A stretch of DNA of 64,000 nt from Vicinamibacteria bacterium (lineage in GTDB: Bacteria; Acidobacteriota; Vicinamibacteria; Marinacidobacterales; Marinacidobacteraceae). How positions within the stretch are numbered: the stretch's first letter is position 1; every line of letters starts with the position of its first letter. This document shows positions 38,579 to 47,896 of the stretch, piece after piece. The position numbers and the translations under genes were made by a program. Below the pieces are notes generated by a model, which worked only from the letters and a program-made list of their open reading frames with translations, did no database searches and was not told the DNA's origin. Location: positions 2,144,001-2,208,000 of the forward strand of contig OY821641.1 in assembly GCA_963555995.3 (NCBI GenBank), read 5' to 3'.

Positions 38579-39831
38579 GCGGCGTCCCGATCCGCGGTCA
38601 ACGCGTCGAGATTCATCTCGCGGGCCAGCGCGTCGGCAACCGCCAACCCGTCGCGGGTCGGCCGGAGCCAACCCGTCATCTCGTCACCCCGGAGCTCGAC
38701 GAGGCCCCGGGCCCGCCATTTCCCGAAGAGCCTCCGGTTCGCCCGCACCACCGCCTCGCCGTAGCGGGCGGAGAAGCCCCCGAGCGGGAGGCCATCCGTC
38801 GTGCGGAGGCGCAGGAACAACTCTTCGAGGGCGCGCTCGTGCGGACGCAGGGTTTCGCGTTCGGCCGTGGGTTCCTCTCCGCGAAGAATCGCTTCCTCCC
38901 AGTGTTCGAACGCCCGCCGGTTCCAGAACCGCTCCCCTCGTTCCGGCGCAAAGGAATGGGCGGATGGTCCGACTCCGAGGTACTCCACCAAACTCCAGTA
39001 CTTCCGGTTGTGGCGCGAACGAAACTCGGGCGCCGGGGCGAAGTTGCACGCCTCATAGGCCGCAAAACCGTGCTCCGCAAGGGTTTCGTGCACCGCCCGG
39101 AAGAGGGCGCTCCCGTCTCCGGAACGAGCGGTGAGGGTCTCCCCCCGCGCCCGGCGGCGTCCGAAGGGCGTTCCCGGCTCGATGGACAGCTCGTAGGCGG
39201 AGACGTGGTTCACCCCCGGCAACGCAACCAGGGCGCGGAGTTCTTCGCGCAGGGACTCCGGGGTCTGCCCCGCCGTACCGTAGATGAGATCAACCGAGAT
39301 CCAGGGAATTCCAGCCTCGGCGAGCCGGGACACCGCGATCGCGGCATCCGACGCGTTGTGCGCGCGGCCGAGGAACCGCAGCCGGGACTCGTCGAGCGCC
39401 TGCACTCCGAGGCTGACGCCCCAAATCTCCTCGGCCGCCCACTGGCGGGCGCGTTCCGGGGCGTGGACCAGATCCTCCGGGTTGGCCTCGAGGAAAAGGA
39501 ACGGCGAGGGCGAAGCAAGGCCCCGCTCCACAGCCGCCGACGCCACCTCCCGGAAGAATCCGGCCGGCGCGAGCGAGGGGGTGCCGCCCCCGAAATAGAC
39601 AGTGTCCGCCCCGAGCGCGGCAGCCCGGAGCTCCAACTCCGTCAGCAGCGCCTGCCGGTAGCGATCGAGGCGCTCCGATCCGGGACCCCCCAGTGGAGTC
39701 ACGGCGAAATCGCAGTAGGGACAGATCCGCGAACAGAAGGGAACGTGAACGTAGAGCCCCGGAGCGGCCGGTTCCGGCGTCTCGGTGAATGGGTCAAGCG
39801 GAAGCGAGGTCGGATCCGGGCGCTCGGTCAC
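38575..39831 (-). CDS. hemW: Radical SAM heme chaperone HemW
   Basis: LYVHVPFCSRICPYCDF, YFGGGTPS, EANP, HNRKYW, GVGPSAHS; directly after lepA. Confidence 0.85.
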   Translation of the reverse strand: MTERPDPTSLPLDPFTETPEPAAPGLYVHVPFCSRICPYCDFAVTPLGGPGSERLDRYRQALLTELELRAAALGADTVYFGGGTPSLAPAGFFREVASAAVERGLASPSPFLFLEANPEDLVHAPERARQWAAEEIWGVSLGVQALDESRLRFLGRAHNASDAAIAVSRLAEAGIPWISVDLIYGTAGQTPESLREELRALVALPGVNHVSAYELSIEPGTPFGRRRARGETLTARSGDGSALFRAVHETLAEHGFAAYEACNFAPAPEFRSRHNRKYWSLVEYLGVGPSAHSFAPERGERFWNRRAFEHWEEAILRGEEPTAERETLRPHERALEELFLRLRTTDGLPLGGFSARYGEAVVRANRRLFGKWRARGLVELRGDEMTGWLRPTRDGLAVADALAREMNLDALTADRDAA

Positions 39832-41654
39832 GCCGCCGGGCTCGACTTCAGGACGGCGACGAAAGCGGACTGGGGGATCTGCACGTTGCCGACCTGCTTC
39901 ATGCGCTTTTTCCCTTCCTTCTGGCGCTCGAGCAGCTTCCGCTTCCGGGTGACGTCGCCGCCGTAGCACCTGGCGGTGACGTCCTTCCGGAGCGCCCGGA
40001 TGTTGGTGCGGGCGATGATCTTTCCCCCGATCGCGCCCTGGATGGCGATCTTGAAGTTGTGCATCGGAATCGCCTCGGCGAGGCGTTCGCAGTAACCGAG
40101 CGCCCGCGGACGCGCCTTTTCCTCGTGGACGAGCTGGCTGAGGGCGTCCACCCGCTCGCCGTTCACCAGGATGTCCACCTTGACGAGCCTGGTCGAGCGG
40201 TAGTCGAGCAGTTCGTAGTCGTAGCTGCCGTAGCCGTGGGTGACCGTCTTCAGCCGGTCGTGGAAGTCGAAGAGGACCTCGGCGAGCGGCAACTCGGCCT
40301 GGATCTCCACGCGCCGCGAAGACAGGAAGTTCATGCGGCTGGTCGCCAGGCGCCGCTCGGTCAGGAGTTCCATGACCGGTCCCACCGAACGCTCCGGAAT
40401 CAGGATGGAAGCGCGGATGTACGGCTCCTCCGCGCCGGCGATGATCGCCGGGTCCGGGTAGTAGGCCGGGTTTTCGACTTCGTGCAGCTCCCCGTCCCGG
40501 GTGCTCACCCGGTAGCGCACGCTGGGGGCCGACAGGAGCAGCGACAGCCCGTGTTCCCGCTGCAGCCGCTCCTGCACCACGTCCAGATGGAGGAGTCCCA
40601 GGAATCCGCAGCGGAACCCGAACCCGAGGGCGGTGGAGGTTTCGCGCTCATACGTCAGCGCCGGGTCGTTCAGCGACAGTTTCCCGAGCGCGCTCTCGAG
40701 TTCGCCGTAGTCGTCGGTCGAGATGGGGTAAACGGAGCTGAACACCACCGGACGCGGTTCGCGGTATCCGGGGAGCGACGTTTGCGCGGGGCGCGCGGTG
40801 TCCATCACCGTGTCGCCGATCGCGATGTCCTGAATCCGCTTGATGCCGCAGATGGCGTATCCCACCGCGCCCGCGGAAAGAACGTCCACCGGTTCCCGGC
40901 GGAGCCGCAGAAGTCCAACCTCCTCGACGACGTGGTCCGTGTCCCCGCGCATCAGGCGCACCCGGTCGCCGCGACGAATCGCGCCGTCCACCACGCGGAC
41001 CAGCAGCACGACGCCCCGGAAGGTGTCGTACTGGGCGTCGAAGATGAGCGCCCGCAGCGGATCCGCCGGATCGCCGCCCGGCGGGGGAATCCGCGTCACG
41101 ATGGCGTCCAGGATTTCCTCGATCCCCTCGCCCTTCTTCGCCGAGGCGAGCACCGCCTCGAAGGGATCGAGTCCCAGCTCCTCGTCGATCTCCTCGCGCA
41201 CCCGCTCCGGGTCGGCGGCCGGCAGGTCAATCTTGTTGATGACCGGAACCACCTCGAGGTCGTACTCCATCGCCACGAAGTGGTTGGCGACCGTCTGCGC
41301 CTCGACCCCCTGCGCCGCGTCCACCAGCAGGAGCGCTCCCTCGCAGGACATGAGCGAGCGGCGCACCTCGTGGGAGAAGTCCACGTGGCCGGGGGTGTCA
41401 ATCAGGTTGAGCTGATAGCGCTCCCCATCCTTCGTCTCGTGGAGGAGCGAGACGCTGTTCGACTTGATGGTGATCCCGCGCTCGCGCTCGAGGTCCATCG
41501 AGTCCAGCAACTGGTCCCGGAACTCGCGGTCGCTGACCCCGCCGCAGCGTTGGATGAGCCGGTCGGCGAGCGTGGACTTCCCGTGATCAATGTGCGCGAT
41601 GATGCAGAAGTTGCGGACCCGCGCGATGGGAACCGGACCGCTGGTGTTGGGCAA
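39828..41654 (-). CDS. lepA: Translation elongation factor 4
   Basis: RNFCIIAHIDHGKSTLADR, ERERGITIK, DTPGHVDF, GFRCGFLGLLH, CYGGDVTRKRKLL. Confidence 0.98.
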   Translation of the reverse strand: MPNTSGPVPIARVRNFCIIAHIDHGKSTLADRLIQRCGGVSDREFRDQLLDSMDLERERGITIKSNSVSLLHETKDGERYQLNLIDTPGHVDFSHEVRRSLMSCEGALLLVDAAQGVEAQTVANHFVAMEYDLEVVPVINKIDLPAADPERVREEIDEELGLDPFEAVLASAKKGEGIEEILDAIVTRIPPPGGDPADPLRALIFDAQYDTFRGVVLLVRVVDGAIRRGDRVRLMRGDTDHVVEEVGLLRLRREPVDVLSAGAVGYAICGIKRIQDIAIGDTVMDTARPAQTSLPGYREPRPVVFSSVYPISTDDYGELESALGKLSLNDPALTYERETSTALGFGFRCGFLGLLHLDVVQERLQREHGLSLLLSAPSVRYRVSTRDGELHEVENPAYYPDPAIIAGAEEPYIRASILIPERSVGPVMELLTERRLATSRMNFLSSRRVEIQAELPLAEVLFDFHDRLKTVTHGYGSYDYELLDYRSTRLVKVDILVNGERVDALSQLVHEEKARPRALGYCERLAEAIPMHNFKIAIQGAIGGKIIARTNIRALRKDVTARCYGGDVTRKRKLLERQKEGKKRMKQVGNVQIPQSAFVAVLKSSPAA

Positions 41655-41657
41655 CGG

Positions 41658-43448
41658 TCAGGGACGAGCCGTGGGAACGAGGGTCACCTCGTGGCGTTCC
41701 CCGTCGCGGAGGAACACCACGGTGAGCGGCTCGCCGATGCGGGCGGCCTCCAGCGCGTTCATGTAGTCGTAGATGTTCAGGACCGGCGTTCCCGCGAACT
41801 CGACGATGACGTCGCCCTTCCGGAGCCCCGCCTCTTCGGCCGGCCCGCCCGCCATGACCCCGCCGAGCAGCAGTCCCTCGATCTCGGTGGCGTACTCGGG
41901 GATCGTCCCGGTGTAGGCGCGCAGCGAGACGCGCGAGGTCGCGGTCTCCGGGGCGCGCTCCACCTCGACGAACTCGGGGACCGGATCGCTCTCGGCCACC
42001 CGGCGGGCGACGAGGCCCGTGAAGCGGGCGATCCGGGCGAGGCCCTCGTAGTTCAGCTTGTCGGCGGTGTCGGACGGCCGGTGGTAGTCGGGGTGCGTCC
42101 CGGTGAAGAGGTTGAGGGTGGGCACGCTCTCGCTGTTGAACGCCGACGAGTCGGTGGGGAGGTAGGGGTCGTCGGAGAGCGCGAGGTCGAATCCCCCCGG
42201 CACGTTCGCCCGCTCGACGATGCCCGGCCAGACGCTCGACGAGCCCATCGCCTGGACGGTCAGCCGGTTCTCCTCGAGCCGCCCCACCATGTCGAGGTTG
42301 ATGTAGGCCGCGAGCCGGTCCGGCCGGATGTCGTCCCGGACGAACGCGCGGGAACCGAGGAGGCCTGATTCCTCCCCGGACCAGAAGCCGACCAGCACCG
42401 GCCGGGCGAGGGGAGCGTCGGCAACGGTGCGCGCCAGCGCGAGCACCGCGGCGGTCCCCGACGCGTTGTCGTCGGCGCCGGGATGGACCGCCGGGGGAGC
42501 GTGGGGGTTCAGCGAGCCGCCGCCCCCCATCCCCAGGTGGTCGTAGTGGGCGCCCACCGCGACGTAGGGCGGATCGAGGCTGCCGTCCGCCGCCGGGAGG
42601 ATCCCGACCACGTTCGCGCCGCTGGTGGGCGTCCGCTCGAGGTCCACGGCCAGGGTGGCGAACCCGGGCAGCGGGAAGGACCCGGCGTCCACCTCGCCCG
42701 CATCGAGCGATCGCTGCACCTCGGCGAGGGAGACCCCGGTCCCCGCGAAGAGCCGGTCGCCGGCCGCCCCGTCAATCGAGACGGCGAGGATGCCCTGGCT
42801 GCCCGGCGCCGCAATGTCGAAGGCATCGGGAGCCAGTTCCCCGGCCCCTTCGGACCCGGGACCGGTGATCACCACCATCCCGGCCGCCCCCTGGTCCCGC
42901 GCCGCTGACGCCTTGGACCGGAAGTCCGCGTGACGGTTCAGCACCGACCGCGTCTCGTCCTCCACATCGTCCGGGAAGTAGCGGAGGACGACCACCACCT
43001 TGTCGCGGACCTCGTGGCCGGCGTAGCTGTCGTAGCGGACCCCGGCGCTCTCCGGAACCCGGATGCCGTAGCCGGCGAAATAGAGCTCTCCCCGCACCTC
43101 CCCGGTTTCCGAGAACGCGAACGCCTTCACCTGGTCGCTTCCGAAGCGCTTGTGGCCCCCGGCCCGCAGCGAGGACCCCCGGTCCTCCACTCCGGCTATG
43201 AAACGGAAGGGGATCCCGAGACCGTCCCGGCCGGGGAGGGGCCGGGCGCCGGCCGCCTCCAGCTCGGAAATCAGGTAGCGCCGCGCGGTCGCGGCTCCCG
43301 GCGTGCCCACCGCGCGCCCCTCGGTGCCCGGTCCGGTGAGCGCGAGGACATCGTCACGGAGTTCCTCGGGAGTCTGGGCCGCGGCGGGGAGCGCCAGCAA
43401 CAGCGCGAGCGAACAACTGACCCCGGTGAGGGTCTGGCGGCGGTTCAT
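41658..43448 (-). CDS. M28 aminopeptidase with PA and PDZ domains, exported
   Basis: Signal peptide, GAHYDHLG, GADDNASG, SGEESGLLGS, NLDMVGR, YHRPSD, C-terminal PDZ (GGPAEEAGL). Confidence 0.9.
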   Translation of the reverse strand: MNRRQTLTGVSCSLALLLALPAAAQTPEELRDDVLALTGPGTEGRAVGTPGAATARRYLISELEAAGARPLPGRDGLGIPFRFIAGVEDRGSSLRAGGHKRFGSDQVKAFAFSETGEVRGELYFAGYGIRVPESAGVRYDSYAGHEVRDKVVVVLRYFPDDVEDETRSVLNRHADFRSKASAARDQGAAGMVVITGPGSEGAGELAPDAFDIAAPGSQGILAVSIDGAAGDRLFAGTGVSLAEVQRSLDAGEVDAGSFPLPGFATLAVDLERTPTSGANVVGILPAADGSLDPPYVAVGAHYDHLGMGGGGSLNPHAPPAVHPGADDNASGTAAVLALARTVADAPLARPVLVGFWSGEESGLLGSRAFVRDDIRPDRLAAYINLDMVGRLEENRLTVQAMGSSSVWPGIVERANVPGGFDLALSDDPYLPTDSSAFNSESVPTLNLFTGTHPDYHRPSDTADKLNYEGLARIARFTGLVARRVAESDPVPEFVEVERAPETATSRVSLRAYTGTIPEYATEIEGLLLGGVMAGGPAEEAGLRKGDVIVEFAGTPVLNIYDYMNALEAARIGEPLTVVFLRDGERHEVTLVPTARP

Positions 43449-44596
43449 CGGAAGGTCTCCGGGTGCCGGTTCCGGGATGGCGCGGAGCGAAGCGCGGCAA
43501 GCGCGGCCTCGTGATCCCAGTCGGCGAGGTAGATCTGGCCGCCTTCCCCGCCGTGGCGGGTGGAGGTCCAGGCGAGGCCCTCCCCGTCCGGGGTGGGGAC
43601 CGGCAGCCCGTCGAAGCCGTCCGTGGTGGTGATCCGGACCGGCTCCTTCTCGCCGCCGACATCCACCATGTACACCTCGAAGTTGCTGAATCCCAGCTTG
43701 TTCGAGGCGAACAGGACGTACTCGAGGGACGGATGGACATACGGCGCCCAGCTCATGGCCCTGAAGTCGGTAAGCTGGCGCTGGTCGCTCCCGTCCGGGT
43801 TCATGGACCAGACGTCCGCCACCAGCCCGTCTTCCGAGAAGCGCCGCCAGATGATCCGCGACCCGTCGGGGAAGTAGAACGGGCCGCCGTCGTAGCCGGG
43901 CACGTGGGTCAACCGCCGCTGCTCGCTGCCGTCGGCGCGCATGGTCCAGATCTCGCCGAAGTACGACGGATCTATTTCGGCGAGACGGGTCTCCCGCTCC
44001 GTGAGTTCGTCCTCGAACATGCCCCGCATCGAGGTGAAGACGACCGACGCGCCGTCCGGCGACCAGCTCCCCTCGGCGTCGTAGCCCTGCGCGTCGGTGA
44101 GGCGAACGAGTTCGCCGTCCGAGCGCCGTTCCACGAAGACGTCCATGTGGGAGTCGTAATCCCACTCGTAGCGGCGCTCCTGGCCGCTCTCCCGGAACGC
44201 GATCTCTTCCCGCTGCAGCTCGAGCGAACGCGGGTCGAGGTGCGTCGAGGCGAACAGGATGTCCCCGTTCTTCCCCGAGATGAACGCGCAGGTGGTCTTG
44301 CCGCGCCCCGGAGACACGCGGCGCACGTCCCCCGTCTCCATGGACAGCAGGTAGATCTGGAAGAAGGGGTTCCCCGGCTCCCGCTCCGACTGGAAGACCA
44401 TCTCCCGCCCGTCCGGGGAGAAGTACCCCTCCCCCGCGCGCTTTCCCTCCACGGTCAGGCGGCGGATGCGGCTCAGGAACCGCGACTCGTCCTCGGCCCC
44501 CTGCGTCGCAAGAGCCGGAGCCAACAGACCCCCGCCCAGCGCAATTGGAAGTACGAACACGAGGCGGCCGGATACGCGCCGCAACGACTGGAACAT
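43445..44596 (-). CDS. TolB-like PD40 beta-propeller protein
   Basis: Repeats GEGYFSPDG, GYDAEGSWSPDG, GYDGGPFYFPDG, GFDGLPVPTPDG; signal peptide. Confidence 0.85.
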   Translation of the reverse strand: MFQSLRRVSGRLVFVLPIALGGGLLAPALATQGAEDESRFLSRIRRLTVEGKRAGEGYFSPDGREMVFQSEREPGNPFFQIYLLSMETGDVRRVSPGRGKTTCAFISGKNGDILFASTHLDPRSLELQREEIAFRESGQERRYEWDYDSHMDVFVERRSDGELVRLTDAQGYDAEGSWSPDGASVVFTSMRGMFEDELTERETRLAEIDPSYFGEIWTMRADGSEQRRLTHVPGYDGGPFYFPDGSRIIWRRFSEDGLVADVWSMNPDGSDQRQLTDFRAMSWAPYVHPSLEYVLFASNKLGFSNFEVYMVDVGGEKEPVRITTTDGFDGLPVPTPDGEGLAWTSTRHGGEGGQIYLADWDHEAALAALRSAPSRNRHPETFR

Positions 44597-44664
44597 GGGG
44601 AAACGAGGGCTGCGAACCGGCCGGTCGGTAACCGCTGATTGTACCCCGGAGGGTGGCGGCTGCC

Positions 44665-44714
44665 GCCGGGACCGCCGGTCTCCAGACCGGCATCGACCGC
44701 CGAGAGGCGGTCGA
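44665..44714 (+). repeat. REP variant plus accessory hairpin
   Basis: GGGACCGCCGGTCTCCAGACCGGCA then TCGACCGCC-GAGA-GGCGGTCGA. Confidence 0.65.
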
Positions 44715-44886
44715 AACCACACCTGCACCGAACCCCACAGCAGAAACCGGAGGGGAAGCCTCTGTTCCGGCGACGGGGTTGCGGCTTGGAGCCCCATCAA
44801 GGGGACAGGGACGGAATCCTCCACCGCCTCGGCGCTCCAGTGTCGCAACGTCCACCCGGCCCCGGTATGTTTCGAGACCGTCCCTC

Positions 44887-45708
44887 ATGAATCTGCCCAA
44901 CCCGTTTGTCAAACTTCGGGAACTCAGCCGGATACGGAGGGACATCGTCCGCGATCGGAAGAGGCTACGCACCCAGATCCAGGCCATCGTCGGCGCTGCC
45001 GGGTTTCGGATCGGCAGTGCGCTTCCGGATCCTCTTGACCCGGATGGACTCCACATTCTCGAAGGTCTCGCCGCCGACACGCCGACGCACATCCTCCTCA
45101 AGGGCCTTTCTTCGTACGTCGGACACGACGAAGGAGAACTCCGGGACGCCCTGACGGCTCGCCTGGATGACACCGGCCGCTTTCTTCTGAGCGACCAGCT
45201 ACGGGCGTGGAAGTCGGCGATCCGCAGAGTCGCGACCTACGACGCTCGCATCGCCAAAGGCCTGTCCGAATTCGACGAGCCGCTCGACCTCCTGACGACG
45301 ATTCCCGGAATCAGCCGCGAGGCGGCGTGCGCCATCTTGCTGGAACTGGGACCGGACATCCGAACCTTCGAGTCCAGCAGTCAGTGCGCGGCGTTTGCGG
45401 GCCTTGCCCCGGGCAGGAGAGGTGGCGGGAACCACGAGGAGCGTGGCGCCGGTCGCCGGCGTAGCCCCCCCTTGCGCGGGATCCTGATCGAATGCGCCGA
45501 GGCCGCCACCCTTGCGAGGGGGACCGAGTTCCGGCGCTACTACGAGACCGATCGGGATCGGAAAGGCCACCAGCACGCTCTGGTCGCCACCGCCAACAAG
45601 CTGGTCCGTGTCATCTACGGGGTTCTCAGCAACCGCGCCCCCTACCGCGATGCCCGGAGCGGGGAGATGTCCATCCGGACAGATTCGGAGCCTCGCAGCG
45701 TCCCATAG
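44887..45708 (+). CDS. IS110-family recombinase derivative lacking the N-terminal RuvC/DEDD domain and the catalytic Ser
   Basis: LRELSRIRR coiled-coil start, LLTTIPGIS...AILLELG.DI..F, AFAGLAP, ALVATANKL...IY..L....Y; no DEDD motifs upstream. Confidence 0.8.
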   Translation: MNLPNPFVKLRELSRIRRDIVRDRKRLRTQIQAIVGAAGFRIGSALPDPLDPDGLHILEGLAADTPTHILLKGLSSYVGHDEGELRDALTARLDDTGRFLLSDQLRAWKSAIRRVATYDARIAKGLSEFDEPLDLLTTIPGISREAACAILLELGPDIRTFESSSQCAAFAGLAPGRRGGGNHEERGAGRRRSPPLRGILIECAEAATLARGTEFRRYYETDRDRKGHQHALVATANKLVRVIYGVLSNRAPYRDARSGEMSIRTDSEPRSVP

Positions 45709-45759
45709 CCGGCGTTCCTCGGCGCTCCAAGGCCCGCGGGGACTCCCTCCGAGCTCGGA

Positions 45760-47406
45760 CTACTCCCCCGCGTACGCCGGGCCACGGAGCGCCCGGCCGG
45801 GGAGCGCGCCGGTGTACTCGCCCTCGTCCACCACCGGGGTCCCGTTCACCAGGACGTAGCGCATGCCGACGGAGTAGTGGAACGGATCTTCGAAGGTGGC
45901 CACCCCGCGGATCATCTCCGGATCGAAGACCGCGAGGTCGGCGAAGTGCCCTGCGGCGAGCGTGCCCCGCTCCTCGAGTCCCAGGATCTCCGCGGGAAGC
46001 CCGCTCAGCTTGCGGATCGCCTCCTCCCAGGTGAGGAGGCCCTCCTCGCGGACGTAGGTGCCGAGGAGGCGGGGAACCGTCCCGAGATGCCGGGGATGGA
46101 CGAGCGGGGGCAGGTTCTCGGAGTCGAGATCCATCGTGCCGCCGTCGGTCCCGCCGGCCACGTAGGGCTGGGCCAGCACCTGCCGGAGCGTGTCCTCCTC
46201 GTTGTTCCAGTCAATGACGATGCCGCGGCCCTCCTGCTCGAGGACCACGTCCATGAAGGCCTCCTCGGCGGGTTGGCTGCGCATCTCCGCCACTTCCTCG
46301 ACCAGCTTGCCGTTGATCTCCGGATCGTCCACCCCGAGCCGGACGCGGTGCCAGCCGATGTTCGCGAGGTAGGGCGGCTCGGTGACGAAGTCGCCGGCGA
46401 TGCGCTCGCGCATTGCCGGATCGCGCAGCCGTTCGAGCATCGCCTCGACGCCGCCTTCCTGCGCCCAGGCGGGGATGTAGCTGCGGAGGCCGGTGATGCC
46501 CCAGGTGGAGGTGTAGGAATCGCCGGTCACCTGCATCCCCCGGAGCCGGGCTTCATCAATGAGGCCGAGGAAGGTGTCCGCCTCGGTGGAAGACGTCGAG
46601 TTCAGGTGGAAGAAGTGGACCGGCGCGCCCGCCCGTTCGCCGATGAGGAGGGCCTCGGTGATCGCCTCCGGATCGGTCCCGTTCATGGTGCGGGCGTGGT
46701 TCGCGAAGATGCCGCCCGCCGCGGCCGCCTCGGCGACGATCGCCGCGAGTTCCTCCGTGGACATGTAGATGTTGGGCACGTAGCTCATGCCGGCGGAGAC
46801 CCCGAACGCACCCTCGGCCATGGCGTCCCGCACCAGCCCCAGCATCTGCTCGAGTTCCTCGCCGGTGGGCTCCCGGTCCTCATAGCCCATGACGTAGGCC
46901 CGGACCGAGCCGGAGCCGACGTAGGACGCCACGTTGATGGCGATGCCGGTTTCGTCCAGATAGTCGAGGAATCCGCCCAGGGTTTCCCACTTCCCTTCCA
47001 GTTCCTCGGGCAGGCTGCCCTCGATCCTTCCGCCGCGCGGGCCCATCGAAGTGGTCTCTCCGTAGACCTCGGTGGTGAGCCCCTGGAACGCGAACGAAGG
47101 CCCCTGGCCGCCGTCGAGCAGGCGTCGGAGCTCGGAATGGCTGTGCATGTCGACAAAACCGGGCGCCACGTAGAGGCCGGTGGCATCAATCGTTCGTTCC
47201 GCGCTGCCGCCGACGTCGCCGATCGCGGCGATGCGGTCTCCCTTGATCGCCAGATCGGCGACGACTCCCGGTGCTCCGGTCCCGTCGAAAACGGTGCCGC
47301 TTTCGATGATCAGGTCGTAATCCGGCGGCCCGCAGCCGAAGAGGCAAACCGCCAGCACCAGTCCGAGAAGGGCAACGCGTCTTGGCGCGCCGTGCTGGAA
47401 CATCAT
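45760..47406 (-). CDS. N-acyl-D-amino-acid deacylase family lipoprotein
   Basis: Lipobox LFGC, GTVFDGTG, APGFVDMHSHS, GSVRAYVMG, HPRHLGT, ADLAVFDP. Confidence 0.9.
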   Translation of the reverse strand: MMFQHGAPRRVALLGLVLAVCLFGCGPPDYDLIIESGTVFDGTGAPGVVADLAIKGDRIAAIGDVGGSAERTIDATGLYVAPGFVDMHSHSELRRLLDGGQGPSFAFQGLTTEVYGETTSMGPRGGRIEGSLPEELEGKWETLGGFLDYLDETGIAINVASYVGSGSVRAYVMGYEDREPTGEELEQMLGLVRDAMAEGAFGVSAGMSYVPNIYMSTEELAAIVAEAAAAGGIFANHARTMNGTDPEAITEALLIGERAGAPVHFFHLNSTSSTEADTFLGLIDEARLRGMQVTGDSYTSTWGITGLRSYIPAWAQEGGVEAMLERLRDPAMRERIAGDFVTEPPYLANIGWHRVRLGVDDPEINGKLVEEVAEMRSQPAEEAFMDVVLEQEGRGIVIDWNNEEDTLRQVLAQPYVAGGTDGGTMDLDSENLPPLVHPRHLGTVPRLLGTYVREEGLLTWEEAIRKLSGLPAEILGLEERGTLAAGHFADLAVFDPEMIRGVATFEDPFHYSVGMRYVLVNGTPVVDEGEYTGALPGRALRGPAYAGE

Positions 47407-47536
47407 CGGCGTCTTTCCCGGGGATTGGACCCCGTTTCGGCGCGGCGGGTGATGCGCGACGTCAAGGTCCGGGGGTCTTCCGAATGTAGCACCTTCCGGG
47501 TCGCCGGCGGGGTACGACTTGCGCGGCGCGCCGGCT

Positions 47537-47895
47537 CTCCTGCGCACCGCGCCGGTCATGAAGACGGCGGAACGGTTTGGAACGCCGGCTTCAGCCGGCA
47601 CAGCGAGCCGAAGGCTCGCGGATGTCGTGCCGCTGTTCGCGGTGATGGACCGAGAGCCGACGCCATCGCGTGGGGCAGCGTCGTGGCGTCCGCTGCGCTT
47701 CGCGCAGCGGGTGCCGGCTGAAGCCGGCGCTCCAAGCCGTTGCGCCAATGGGGTACCGTCATGCCGTCCGCTGCGCTCCGCGCAGCGAATGCCGGCTGAA
47801 GCCGGCGCTCCAAGCCGTTGCGCCAACGGGGCAGCGTCGTGCGATCCGCTGCGCTTCGCGCAGCGGGTGCCGGTCTGGAGACCGGCGTTCCAAGC
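47537..47895. repeat. REP cluster: one doublet plus a triplicated 78-bp right half
   Basis: CCGCTGCGCTYCGCGCAGCG recurs at 47690, 47768 and 47846, each followed by an inverted REP. Confidence 0.85.
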
Positions 47896-47896
47896 G

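Noticed and set aside
41658-45173. 1171-aa ORF as a PD40-M28 or IS110 fusion
   Set aside because: The upstream part is shadow frame; the M28 gene has its own start and signal peptide at 43448
47407-47826. REP-derived N-terminal extensions of the deacylase (also the SBP at 54024-54182 and Prx at 27317-27535)
   Set aside because: Downstream starts with a signal peptide or a family-typical N-terminus explain the genes better
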